32,000 nt of DNA from the NCBI RefSeq assembly GCF_000008625.1, contig NC_000918.1:840001-872000 (forward strand), written 5' to 3'. Numbering within the stretch: position 1 is the stretch's first letter; the number at the start of each line of letters is the position of its first letter. This document shows positions 1-11,460 of the stretch, piece after piece. The DNA is from Aquifex aeolicus VF5 (GTDB lineage Bacteria; Aquificota; Aquificia; Aquificales; Aquificaceae). A program made the translations under genes and the position numbers. The notes beneath the pieces were generated by a model. That model was not told the origin of the DNA, ran no database searches, and saw nothing but the letters and a program-made list of their open reading frames with translations.

Positions 1-159
1 AATACTTTGATGTACACAGATGAAGGTCACCACGCTTACGTTAATACCTTGAGGTGCAAAGGTTGTGCCCTTTGCGTTTACGTGTGTTCTGAGCTCTTGA
101 AGCGTGATTCCATTGAGATGGTTTACGCGGAAAACAGAGACGTTGCAGGTGTAAGGTAA
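1..159 (+). CDS. C-terminal fragment of ferredoxin-like (delta) subunit of 2-oxoacid:ferredoxin oxidoreductase; truncated by window start
   Basis: Frame 1 reads NTLMYTDEGHHAYVNTLRCKGCALCVYVCSELLKRDSIEMVYAENRDVAGVR*, with a CxxCxxCxxxC 4Fe-4S motif. It sits directly upstream of the other oxidoreductase subunits. Confidence 0.8.
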   Translation, partial: NTLMYTDEGHHAYVNTLRCKGCALCVYVCSELLKRDSIEMVYAENRDVAGVR

Positions 160-171
160 GGAGGTATTAGA

Positions 172-741
172 ATGGCAAAGTTAGGACCTGCAGGATATTC
201 TCCCTATCCTGTGGCGGTTACGGAAGGTGTTTTAACCCCTCCTCCCGGAAAAGCTCTTATGTTCAACGAGATAGTGGACGAAGAAATCGCAATGAGGGAA
301 GCCGCTAAGGCAATGCTCACAAGGGATAACCCCACCATATTCCCTGGACCTCAGGTACTATACGCCTGGAACGAGGAGGCGAAGGAAAAGGCTAAACTCG
401 TAAGGAAGATGGCGGAAGTCCTCGGTGCAAAGATAATTCCCATGTACGACTACAGACCCAAGTATCCCAAAATTGACCCCGAAAAGGAAATAAATCCAAA
501 CCATCCTAACCTCACCATATGGCACAACAAGATTAAGGCGTGCATATTCATAGGTGTTCACTGTCACTACGCAAACGTGGCTCTCAAGATAATAAGGGCA
601 GAAACGGACTGCTTCACTATAGCCATGTGCAGTATGGCGGGACACGAGGACGCCATGATCACCTTGAGGGACCAGCACGTGGAGGACCTAGAGAAGTTTA
701 TAAAGATTGCCGAAGAAGTTAAGAAGGAACTCGGCAAGTAA
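172..741 (+). CDS. Extra (epsilon-type) subunit of Aquificales 2-oxoacid:ferredoxin oxidoreductase, resembling the CO dehydrogenase beta / ACS epsilon subunit family
   Basis: 189 aa ORF with strong RBS (aaggaggt about 158-165). Sits between delta and alpha genes. Family assignment from sequence feel (LTIWHNKIKACIFIGVHCHYANVALKIIRAETDCFTIAMCSMAGHEDAM) and known five-subunit enzymes of Hydrogenobacter. Confidence 0.6.
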   Translation: MAKLGPAGYSPYPVAVTEGVLTPPPGKALMFNEIVDEEIAMREAAKAMLTRDNPTIFPGPQVLYAWNEEAKEKAKLVRKMAEVLGAKIIPMYDYRPKYPKIDPEKEINPNHPNLTIWHNKIKACIFIGVHCHYANVALKIIRAETDCFTIAMCSMAGHEDAMITLRDQHVEDLEKFIKIAEEVKKELGK

Positions 742-1283
742 TGACTACAACTTTAAAGAAGTGGACCTACAAGGATTACTTAAAGCTTCCCGATGACAAG
801 AGATACGAGATAATAAACGGAGAACTTTTAGAAGTGCCGGCTCCTACAACAACTCATCAAAGAATAGTAGGAAAATTATTCAGGATTTTAAGTGATTTTG
901 TAGAAAGTAAAGAACTCGGTGAAGTTTTCGTTTCCCCCGTTGACGTAATTCTTTCCGAGGATAACGTGTTTCAACCGGACATTGTTTTCGTTTCCAAAGA
1001 CAGGAAGGAAATAATAAAGGAAAGAGGGATTTTCGGAGCTCCCGACCTTGTGATAGAAGTGATTTCCCCCTCTACACTGAAGAGGGATACCGAAGACAAG
1101 AAAAAGGTTTACGAGAAGGCTTGCGTAAAGGAATTGTGGCTCGTATTTCCGGGAGAAAAGGCGGTAGAGGTCTTCTTCAAGAAGGACAAGAATTACAAAG
1201 TTTGTTCCTTTGGTTATGAGAATTTAAGCATCCGATCATGTTTTTTAAAGGGCTTTGAACTAAATTTAAAGGAAATCTTTTAA
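741..1283 (+). CDS. Uma2 family (DUF820) PD-(D/E)XK restriction-endonuclease-fold protein
   Basis: 180 aa. Motifs YEIINGELLEVPAPTTTHQRIVGKL, FQPDIVFVSKD and APDLVIEVISPSTLKRDTEDKKKVYEKACVKELWLV are typical of Uma2. The start overlaps the previous stop (TAATG). Confidence 0.85.
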   Translation: MTTTLKKWTYKDYLKLPDDKRYEIINGELLEVPAPTTTHQRIVGKLFRILSDFVESKELGEVFVSPVDVILSEDNVFQPDIVFVSKDRKEIIKERGIFGAPDLVIEVISPSTLKRDTEDKKKVYEKACVKELWLVFPGEKAVEVFFKKDKNYKVCSFGYENLSIRSCFLKGFELNLKEIF

Positions 1284-1294
1284 GGAGGTGTGTT

Positions 1295-2509
1295 ATGGCA
1301 CAACAAGTAAAGACTGAAAAAGTCAGATACAATAGAATGGGCCAAAGAATTGTCTCACCCGATTACCTTCTCTTTGAAGCCCCCAGAACCAAACACTTCA
1401 TAACCGGTTCAGAAGCGGTTAAGGAAGCGGCAAAGAGGGCAAGCGTAGACGCTTCTATATCTTACCCCATCACTCCCCAGTCCGAAGCTGCACACATGCT
1501 CGGTGAGCTCTGGAGGGAAGGTTACATAGGCGTTTACTTCAGAGGGGAGTCCGAGTTCGGTGTTATGTCCGAAGTGGCCGGATGTGCAATGGCGGGAGCC
1601 AGAACCATAACCACCACTTCCGGACCCGGAACTATGAGGGCTATGGAAGTATTTCCCATGTGGGCAGGATCAAGACTTCCCATACAACTCGTTCTCATGG
1701 CAAGAGGTATAAACTCTCCACTCTCCATACAGCCCGATAACTTGGAAATATCCTTCCTTCTGGACACGGGATGTATGGTATGGCACGCGGAAACCGCTCA
1801 GGAACTATTTGACATGATTATCGCAGGATTTGTGGTAGCCGAACAACCTGACGTCCACGTTCCCATAATAACCGCGATAGACGGATTCTTTATATCTCAC
1901 ACAAGGGAAGCTGTCTACCTACCACCAGAAGATATAGCATTACCTCCGTACAACCCCTATAAGGCACCCATGCCCCCGATAGACATGGAAATGCCTCCCG
2001 GAAGGTTCATGAGAGACCCCTTCGTAATGAAGTCCAATTACATTTCTTACGCAACGCACGCAAGCTGGCAGTTTGAGGTAAGGGCCGCAATAGAAAGGTC
2101 AAGACCTTATGCAAAGCACTACCTCAGAGGACTCGTAGAACACTTCGGAGACCCCGAGGGTGAAGTTCTCTTTATCGCAAGCGGAACCGCTGCGGCTCAG
2201 GCAAAAGAGGCAACCCAGATACTCATCCACGAGGAAGGAATAAAGGCAAGAGTTCTCAGACTAAAGACCCTAAGACCTTTCCCCACGGAAGAAGTGAGAG
2301 AAGCCGTAAAAGGTGCCAAGTATATATTCATACCCGAGTTCAACGTAGTGGGTTGGCTCGAAAGGGAAGTCAAGAGAGCTCTTTATGGTTACACTGATAT
2401 ACCCATATTTGGAACCCCCAGAGTTGGTGGTGGTATGACGATGCCTCCTGAATTCATCGTTCAAGAGGTTTTAAGACTTATAGGAAAGGAGGTGAAACAT
2501 GTCGGTTAA
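1295..2509 (+). CDS. 2-oxoacid:ferredoxin oxidoreductase alpha subunit
   Basis: 404 aa; SYPITPQSEAAH and TTTSGPGTMRAMEVFP motifs of the PorA/KorA pyrimidine-binding/core domain. SD aggaggtg at 1283-1290. Confidence 0.9.
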   Translation: MAQQVKTEKVRYNRMGQRIVSPDYLLFEAPRTKHFITGSEAVKEAAKRASVDASISYPITPQSEAAHMLGELWREGYIGVYFRGESEFGVMSEVAGCAMAGARTITTTSGPGTMRAMEVFPMWAGSRLPIQLVLMARGINSPLSIQPDNLEISFLLDTGCMVWHAETAQELFDMIIAGFVVAEQPDVHVPIITAIDGFFISHTREAVYLPPEDIALPPYNPYKAPMPPIDMEMPPGRFMRDPFVMKSNYISYATHASWQFEVRAAIERSRPYAKHYLRGLVEHFGDPEGEVLFIASGTAAAQAKEATQILIHEEGIKARVLRLKTLRPFPTEEVREAVKGAKYIFIPEFNVVGWLEREVKRALYGYTDIPIFGTPRVGGGMTMPPEFIVQEVLRLIGKEVKHVG

Positions 2510-3359
2510 GATATTTAAAATCAACGAAGATTTAAAGGAATTTATGCCTCAAGAAATTGTTGACCTTGAGGAAAAGGCTACTTGGGGCAATCCAAAAAGG
2601 GGAGTTATGGACCTCCCCTACGCGAAGGAGCTTATAGAAGAACACTCCCTTTGTGCGGGATGCCCAGAGTCCGCAGCTTTCAGGTACATCCTTGCATCCC
2701 TTCCCAGTCCGGAAGACACCGTAATAGTTAACTCTACGGGATGTACCTCTCTCGTTTTTCCGCATATCGCACTCCACACGGTACACCCTCTGTTCGGAAA
2801 CCAGAATGCTGTTGCTTCGGGTATTAAGAGGGTTCTCGAGTGGAGATTCCCTGACAAGCCTAAGGACGTTGTTGTAATTGCCGGTGACGGTGCTACCATA
2901 GACATCGGACTTGACTGTACACTCCAGTCTTTCTTCAGACAGGAAAAGATAACGACCATATGTTTTGACAATGAAGTTTACGCTAACACCGGTGGACAGG
3001 ATAGCGGTGCAACACCGAGGGGAATGGAATTCAAGATGGCTCCGGGTGGAAAGCAGTGGGATAAAGTTCCCATGTGGCAACTCGCTATAGACTCCGGATG
3101 CCACTACGTTGCAAGGCTTACCGTTTCTTCACCTAAGAAGGTAGAACAAGTAGTAAAGAAAGCTATATACGTCGCAAGAGAAGTAGGACCCACCTACATA
3201 CACCTCTACACACCGTGCATACTTGAAATCGGGCTCAACTCAGACCAGGGTCTTTGGGAAATGAGACAAAGGGACAAAGAAAGGTTCAAGTTCTTTGAAT
3301 ATATGACAGATGAGGCTAAGGAAGTTATTAAGAAGAAGAAAGAGGAGGGTCTGTTATGA
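2499..3359 (+). CDS. 2-oxoacid:ferredoxin oxidoreductase beta subunit (TPP-binding)
   Basis: 286 aa; LCAGCPESAAFR, NSTGCTSLVFPH and VVIAGDGATIDIGLDCTLQSFFR...CFDNEVYANTGGQDSGATPRG TPP-binding signatures. Overlaps the alpha gene. Confidence 0.92.
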   Translation: MSVKIFKINEDLKEFMPQEIVDLEEKATWGNPKRGVMDLPYAKELIEEHSLCAGCPESAAFRYILASLPSPEDTVIVNSTGCTSLVFPHIALHTVHPLFGNQNAVASGIKRVLEWRFPDKPKDVVVIAGDGATIDIGLDCTLQSFFRQEKITTICFDNEVYANTGGQDSGATPRGMEFKMAPGGKQWDKVPMWQLAIDSGCHYVARLTVSSPKKVEQVVKKAIYVAREVGPTYIHLYTPCILEIGLNSDQGLWEMRQRDKERFKFFEYMTDEAKEVIKKKKEEGLL

Positions 3360-4081
3360 CACAACCCGTTAGAAGAAGGATTAACGTTAGAATGCCCGCT
3401 ATCGGTGGGCAGGGTGCGGTTTCCGCCGCCCACATTATGGCTACCGCTGCGGACCACGCAGGGTATTACGCAGTCTCCAACCCCTTCTACGGTGCAGAAA
3501 AGAGAATGGCACCCTCTGAAAGTTACGTGAGGATAGGGATAGAACCTATATACGACAGGGGAGAAGTCGTTTATCCCGACGTTATAATGGTCTTCCACTC
3601 TCAGGTTATAACCATGGGTAAATCCTACACAATGCCCTTCTACTCAGGTATAAAGAAGAACGGACTCATCATAATAAACGCAGAAGAGGATCTTCTTTCT
3701 GACGAAGACAAGGCTTTCCTTGAAGAGAGAAACGTAAAGATATTTAACTTCTCCGCCACGAAGTTTGCAGTTGAGATCGCGGGAACGGAACTCGCCACAA
3801 ACATGGCTATGATAGGAGCATTCTTCGGAATTACTCAAATAGTTGGAATGGAGTCCATTGAAGAAGGTATTAAGGCTAGGTTCCTTAAAAAATTCGTTGC
3901 GTCCGGTGGTACTGCATCTCTGGACTCGGCTATTGAGAGAAAGTTCAAGAAAAAGTTAGAACTCATAGAAAAGAACATAGCTACCGCAAGAGCGGCTTAC
4001 GAGTTTGCCAATCAGTGGGCAAAAGAACAAGGAATAGAACCCTGGCTTCCCAAGCCTGAAGCTGTTCTCCAGAGGGCTTAA
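3356..4081 (+). CDS. 2-oxoacid:ferredoxin oxidoreductase gamma subunit
   Basis: 241 aa; RMPAIGGQGAVSAAHIMATAADHAGYYAVSNPFYGAEKRMAPSESYVRIG is typical of PorG/KorG. ATGA overlap with the beta gene. Confidence 0.9.
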   Translation: MTQPVRRRINVRMPAIGGQGAVSAAHIMATAADHAGYYAVSNPFYGAEKRMAPSESYVRIGIEPIYDRGEVVYPDVIMVFHSQVITMGKSYTMPFYSGIKKNGLIIINAEEDLLSDEDKAFLEERNVKIFNFSATKFAVEIAGTELATNMAMIGAFFGITQIVGMESIEEGIKARFLKKFVASGGTASLDSAIERKFKKKLELIEKNIATARAAYEFANQWAKEQGIEPWLPKPEAVLQRA

Positions 4082-4142
4082 TATTCTTTTTCCTTTCCTT
4101 TTAAAAATTTTTTATTTTTCTAGATGAATTACTGCAATTTTA

Positions 4143-4230
4143 TGGTGCCGGTGGCGGGAGTCGAACCCGCACGCCCGTGAAGGGCAGGGGATTTTGAATC
4201 CCCCGCGTCTGCCAGTTCCGCCACACCGGC
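4143..4230 (-). tRNA. tRNA-Leu(CAA), CCA encoded
   Basis: Minus strand gccggtgtggcggaactggcagacgcgggggaTTCAAAAtcccctgccccttcacgggcgtgcgggttcgactcccgccaccggcacca. It has a 7-bp acceptor, a long class II variable arm, and anticodon CAA in loop TTCAAAA. Confidence 0.95.
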
Positions 4231-4233
4231 TAT

Positions 4234-4491
4234 TTATTTATTATACTGACTCAAGATAAACTTAGCTATTCCTATCCCTCCCGTAGAAGCGAGCTTTTCG
4301 CTAACGCCTTCTAAAAAGGCGTCGTAATACATCCTTGCGGTAAAGCTCTTTCCTTCAGTCATAGGTTTAAAGGCTTCCTTTAATATCTCCTTTATAAAAA
4401 TAGCTTCAAACTCCTTTGCAACTTCTTCTGGTTGTTTCTTCGTTAGAGTTCTATAGTCCATAGGCGGAGGCGAAAAAATAATCTTATTCAA
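4234..4491 (-). CDS. FlgJ-type rod-binding domain protein (no muramidase domain)
   Basis: 85 aa; PEEVAKEFEAIFIKEILKEAFKPMTEGKSFTARMYYDAFLEGVSEKLASTGGIGIAKFI matches the rod-binding domain pattern. Confidence 0.75.
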   Translation of the reverse strand: MNKIIFSPPPMDYRTLTKKQPEEVAKEFEAIFIKEILKEAFKPMTEGKSFTARMYYDAFLEGVSEKLASTGGIGIAKFILSQYNK

Positions 4492-4783
4492 CAGCTATCC
4501 TCCTAGATTTAGGCTTTCTTTCGGTTTCCTTTACCCTTTCTTCAAGTACTTTAATCTCGTAATCCAGTATAGTCCTGAAGGCTTTCAAGATTGAAAGGGG
4601 TATGTTGTAAAGATTTTTCATAACCTCATCTCTAACTTCCTTGGGAGGGATGCAGAACTCCATGAATTTAAAGAACTCTCTCCTGAGCTCTTCCAGTTCC
4701 TTTTCCATACTCGGAACTTTTAATTCTTCAGCGGTTTGAGTAGTGCTTTCCCTCCTTTCCTCAGAGATCTTTTTTTCTGCCAT
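4484..4783 (-). CDS. Hypothetical charged helical protein, co-transcribed with the FlgJ-like gene
   Basis: ORF track gives 4484..4822. The internal ATG (MAEKKISEERRES...) is more plausible because it avoids overlapping the lysS start. It overlaps the next gene by 8 nt. Confidence 0.55.
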   Translation of the reverse strand: MAEKKISEERRESTTQTAEELKVPSMEKELEELRREFFKFMEFCIPPKEVRDEVMKNLYNIPLSILKAFRTILDYEIKVLEERVKETERKPKSRRIAVE

Positions 4784-4802
4784 ACAATATAATTTATCCC
4801 TT

Positions 4803-7909
<3,107 letters not shown>

Positions 7910-7968
7910 CTAACCTCCTAAAAAGAAGTTTTATTCTTAAACTTAATACCGTAGGTTTTTTATTCAAC

Positions 7969-8940
7969 ATGATATTATTCAAAGTTATGCACCTAGAGTT
8001 CGAAAAAGAGCTCTTAGAAATAAAGGAAAAGATAGACAGACTCCTGGGTCTTTACAGACTCGGAAAGGAGGAGGTTCTATCCGAACTGGACGAACTCAGG
8101 AAGAAGTTCAAGGAAAAGGCCAGGAAAATTTACAGGGACCTCTCCCCTTGGGAAAGGGTTCAGGTGGCAAGACATCCCAAGCGTCCTCACACCTCAGACT
8201 ACATAAAGTACTTAATAAAGGATTTTGAAGAGGTTCACGGAGACACCTGCTACGGCGACGACAAGGCGGTAATTGCGGGTTTTGGATACTTCAGGGGAAA
8301 GCCCGTGGCAGTCGTGGGGCACGAGAAGGGAAAGGACACGAAAGAAAAACTGGAGAGAAACTTCGGTATGCCCCACCCTGAGGGCTACAGAAAAGCCATA
8401 AAGGTTTTCAAACTGGCAGAAAGGTACAATATTCCCGTCATAACTTTTATAGACACACCGGGAGCTTTTCCAGGAATAGGAGCGGAAGAGAGAGGGCAGT
8501 CCAGAGCTATAGCGGAAAGTATGCTTACCATGGCGTTTTTAAAAGTTCCCTCCGTTGCGGTTGTAATAGGCGAGGGCGGAAGCGGCGGAGCGCTCGCCTT
8601 CGGTGTGGCAAACAGGGTTTGTATCCTTGAGAACGCCTACTACTCCGTCATTTCTCCCGAGGGTTGTGCCGCTATACTTTGGAAGGATCAGAGCAAGGTA
8701 AAGGAGGCGGCAAAGGCCCTAAGGCTCACCGCAAAAGACCTTAAGGAACTTGGGGTGGTGGACTGCGTAATTCCTGAACCCTACGGTGCAGCTCACTGGA
8801 GTCCAAGGGGAACGGCTATGATGGTTGGAATGACATTAAAGAAGTGTTTAGACGAACTCTCAAAATTGACGGAAGAGGGTGTGGTGAGGAGCAGACTGGA
8901 GAAGTTTAAAAATATGGGAGCTTTTAAGATTGCATCTTAG
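7969..8940 (+). CDS. accA: Acetyl-CoA carboxylase carboxyltransferase subunit alpha
   Basis: LEFEKELLEIKEKIDRL, RHPKRPHTSDYI, TFIDTPGAFPGIGAEERGQ and GEGGSGGALAFGVAN. The start may be the ATG at 7987 (MHLEFEKE). Confidence 0.95.
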   Translation: MILFKVMHLEFEKELLEIKEKIDRLLGLYRLGKEEVLSELDELRKKFKEKARKIYRDLSPWERVQVARHPKRPHTSDYIKYLIKDFEEVHGDTCYGDDKAVIAGFGYFRGKPVAVVGHEKGKDTKEKLERNFGMPHPEGYRKAIKVFKLAERYNIPVITFIDTPGAFPGIGAEERGQSRAIAESMLTMAFLKVPSVAVVIGEGGSGGALAFGVANRVCILENAYYSVISPEGCAAILWKDQSKVKEAAKALRLTAKDLKELGVVDCVIPEPYGAAHWSPRGTAMMVGMTLKKCLDELSKLTEEGVVRSRLEKFKNMGAFKIAS

Positions 8941-9358
8941 CCCTGCAGTCTGGGCAAATTCCGTATACGTTCACCGAGTAACTTTCCGTTTTGTAGCCGT
9001 AGAACTCTTCGGGTATGTTTAGTTTTTGATCCAGTTTTATGTCTTCAATTTTTCCACACTTTTCGCATATGAGGTGGTGGTGTTCTTCCAGGTTTGCGTC
9101 GTACCTCGCAGAGTTACCCCAGAAGCATACTTTTTTCACTAAACCTATGTTTTCCAGAGTCTCAAGGGTTCTGTATACGGTAGCCAGAGAGACGTAAGGG
9201 TACAGTTTTTTCACTTCCTCGTATATTTCCTCAACGGTCGGGTGGTTATCAGACTTTAAAAGAACTTCGTAAACTGCCATTCTCTGAGGTGTTATCTTTA
9301 GTCCCGTCTCTTTACACCTCTTTACAAAGAACTCAAGCCTCTCATCCGCTTTAAGCAT
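8924..9358 (-). CDS. Fur/PerR family transcriptional regulator
   Basis: LKITPQRMAVYEVLLKSDNHPTVEEIYEEV, VSLATVYRTLETLENIGLV, HHHLICEKCG and CPDC metal/zinc motifs. The 3' end overlaps accA by 17 nt (convergent). Confidence 0.9.
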   Translation of the reverse strand: MLKADERLEFFVKRCKETGLKITPQRMAVYEVLLKSDNHPTVEEIYEEVKKLYPYVSLATVYRTLETLENIGLVKKVCFWGNSARYDANLEEHHHLICEKCGKIEDIKLDQKLNIPEEFYGYKTESYSVNVYGICPDCRAKMQS

Positions 9359-9404
9359 GACATAAAAAAATAAATTGAGAAGGAAAACTTTTCAAGAACA
9401 TTTA

Positions 9405-10667
9405 TCAGATATCAAGAGAAGGTTCTACGATGTAATCGTAATTTTCCCTCTTTCTTATTAACTTAACGCTACCATTTTCAACAAGCACTTCAGCTGCTCT
9501 CGGTCTCATGTTGTAGTGAGAAGACATAGCAAACCCGTAAGCTCCTGCAGACAGAACCGCAAGGTACTCGCCCCTCTGGACCTCTTCAATCTCCCTGTCA
9601 AGTGCCAGGAAGTCTCCCGTTTCGCATATAGGCCCTACTATATCCGCAACTACCTTTTTCCTTTCCTTCGTTTCTACGGGAATTATGTGGTGGTACGCGT
9701 TGTATATGGAAGGTCTTATAAGGTCGTTCATTCCAGCATCCACGATTATAAAGTGCTTACTTCCCTTGTCCTTGAGAAACTGAACCTGAGTTATCAAAAT
9801 TCCAGCATTCCCCATTATTGAACGTCCGGGTTCGAGTATAATTTTCGCCTTCACGTTTTCAAGGAGGTCCTTGAGGAGATCTGCAAGATCCTGAGGAGCG
9901 GGTTCTTTGTCCTCGGGTTTGTACTTTATGCCCAGACCTCCGCCTATGTCCAGGTACTTTATATCAAAGCCTTTTTGAGTTAAGCTTTCGTAAAGGCTTA
10001 CAACTTTTTCGACCGCTTCCCTGTAGGGGGATATGTCGAGTATTTGAGAGCCTATATGGCAGTGTATCCCTACTATTTCCAGATTTTCGAGTTTTGAGGC
10101 GTACTCGTACTCCTTTTGGGCTTCTCTTATATCAACTCCGAACTTACTCTTTTGCATTCCCGTGGCTATGTAGGGGTGAGTTTTGGGGTCAACGTCCGGG
10201 TTTACCCTTATGGCTATCCTCGCCTTCTTTCCCAGTTTGCCCGCTATTTCGTTCAGCACGTCCAGTTCCTGTCTGCTCTCAACGTTGAACATCAAGATTT
10301 CGGAGTCCACAGCGTCTGTGAGTTCTTTTTCCGTCTTTCCCACGCCCGCGTAAACTATCCTCTCGGGGGGAATTCCCGCTTTCTTGGCGAGGTATAACTC
10401 TCCGCCCGAAACTATGTCCGCTCCTGCTCCGAGCTCTCCGAGAAGCTTAACAAGGTGTGGGTTGAAATTCGCCTTCACGGCGTAGCAGATGAGTGCGTCG
10501 GGGAAAGCCTTCCTGTAAGCCTCGAAACGCTCCTTTATAAAGTTTGAACTGTAAACGTATAGGGGTGTTCCGAAGGTCTGTGCCAGTTCTTTCAGGGAAA
10601 CACCCTCTATGAAAAGCTCACCATCTCTGTACTCAAGGTAAGGGTTGTACTCTTTGAGCAGTTCCAT
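9405..10667 (-). CDS. lysA: Diaminopimelate decarboxylase
   Basis: YAVKANFNPHLVKLL, GIHCHIGSQ, LDIGGGLGI, EPGRSI, GPICETGDFLA and AGAYGFAMSSHYN motifs. Confidence 0.95.
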   Translation of the reverse strand: MELLKEYNPYLEYRDGELFIEGVSLKELAQTFGTPLYVYSSNFIKERFEAYRKAFPDALICYAVKANFNPHLVKLLGELGAGADIVSGGELYLAKKAGIPPERIVYAGVGKTEKELTDAVDSEILMFNVESRQELDVLNEIAGKLGKKARIAIRVNPDVDPKTHPYIATGMQKSKFGVDIREAQKEYEYASKLENLEIVGIHCHIGSQILDISPYREAVEKVVSLYESLTQKGFDIKYLDIGGGLGIKYKPEDKEPAPQDLADLLKDLLENVKAKIILEPGRSIMGNAGILITQVQFLKDKGSKHFIIVDAGMNDLIRPSIYNAYHHIIPVETKERKKVVADIVGPICETGDFLALDREIEEVQRGEYLAVLSAGAYGFAMSSHYNMRPRAAEVLVENGSVKLIRKRENYDYIVEPSLDI

Positions 10668-10688
10668 AAAATTGAGATTTTACAAAAT

Positions 10689-11423
10689 TCACTTAAAAGC
10701 TTTCCTGAAAATTTCCCTTATGCCCAGGTATGCGAGGATAGAGCTTCCAGAAATTCCAGAGAAGAGAAGTGTGTAGAGAATTACTATCTGGAATAGGATA
10801 GCCTTTAGAGGACTCACCCCTGCAACAAGCAGTCCCACAGCAACACCCGGAATGTGGACAAGTCCCGCGGACTTTAGCCAGTTGAGCTTCGGGATAAGAG
10901 CCATTCTTATGCTGTCCCTTATCACGTCCTCACAAGCCTGAAGTAGCGTAGCCCCGAGGGCTACCTTTGCCTCTATCTCCTCCTTTCTGTTTTTTATCTC
11001 TCCCTTAATCCTGTCGTAGAACAAGGAAAGGGAGTTTAGGGTATTCCCTATTATCAACCCGCCGAAGGGTATAACCTCGTGGGGTTCAGGTTTTAAAACT
11101 TTCAGAAAAATCAAAAGGAGAATGGGAAAAGCGTAGGAAAAGGTTATTGAAAGGTAAACTACGGGAAAAAGTTTTAAGCTTTTTGACCTCTCCGTAAAAA
11201 TTACCGAAGCTATTAAAGTCATTATCGTAAAAACTAAAAACTGTGATGTTAAACTTTCTAGCTTAAGTATGTAGTGGAGTAAGTAAGCGAGTAAAAGCAA
11301 CTGAACAAGTGTTCTGAGGGAAGAGAGGAATATCTCCTTTTCAATACCGAGCCCTTCCCTGTGGGATATGGCAAGCGTCATGAGGACGAAAAGGTAGGAG
11401 TAAAGGTAAATCAAGTTTTCCAT
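10689..11423 (-). CDS. UPF0014 / FetB-like ABC transporter permease
   Basis: Multi-TM protein with LVQLLLLAYLLHYI, PFGGLIIGNTLNSLSL, ALGATLLQACEDVIRDSIRMALIPKLNWLKSAGLVHIPGVAVGLLVAGVSPLKAILFQIVI. The ORF track starts at 11429 via TTG; the ATG is at 11423. Confidence 0.85.
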   Translation of the reverse strand: MENLIYLYSYLFVLMTLAISHREGLGIEKEIFLSSLRTLVQLLLLAYLLHYILKLESLTSQFLVFTIMTLIASVIFTERSKSLKLFPVVYLSITFSYAFPILLLIFLKVLKPEPHEVIPFGGLIIGNTLNSLSLFYDRIKGEIKNRKEEIEAKVALGATLLQACEDVIRDSIRMALIPKLNWLKSAGLVHIPGVAVGLLVAGVSPLKAILFQIVILYTLLFSGISGSSILAYLGIREIFRKAFK

Positions 11424-11460
11424 AGGCAAGAAATTATAAGGGGCTTAAAATAATCCTTGT

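Noticed and set aside
4082-4142. T-rich segment (ttttaaaaattttttatttttc) after the gamma subunit gene as an intrinsic terminator
   Set aside because: T-rich but I could not find a convincing GC-containing stem before the T tract, so it is not called as a terminator.
4743-4802. N-terminal extension of the lysS ORF
   Set aside because: The extension MLSLLSSEIFFSAIQYNLSL is not like LysS and overlaps the opposite gene. The ATG at 4803 begins the conserved MEEVRLKKLQELREKG region.
10668-10688. Possible lysine riboswitch upstream of lysA
   Set aside because: lysA follows the permease gene on the same strand with only 21 nt between the ORFs as called. No structured leader fits.
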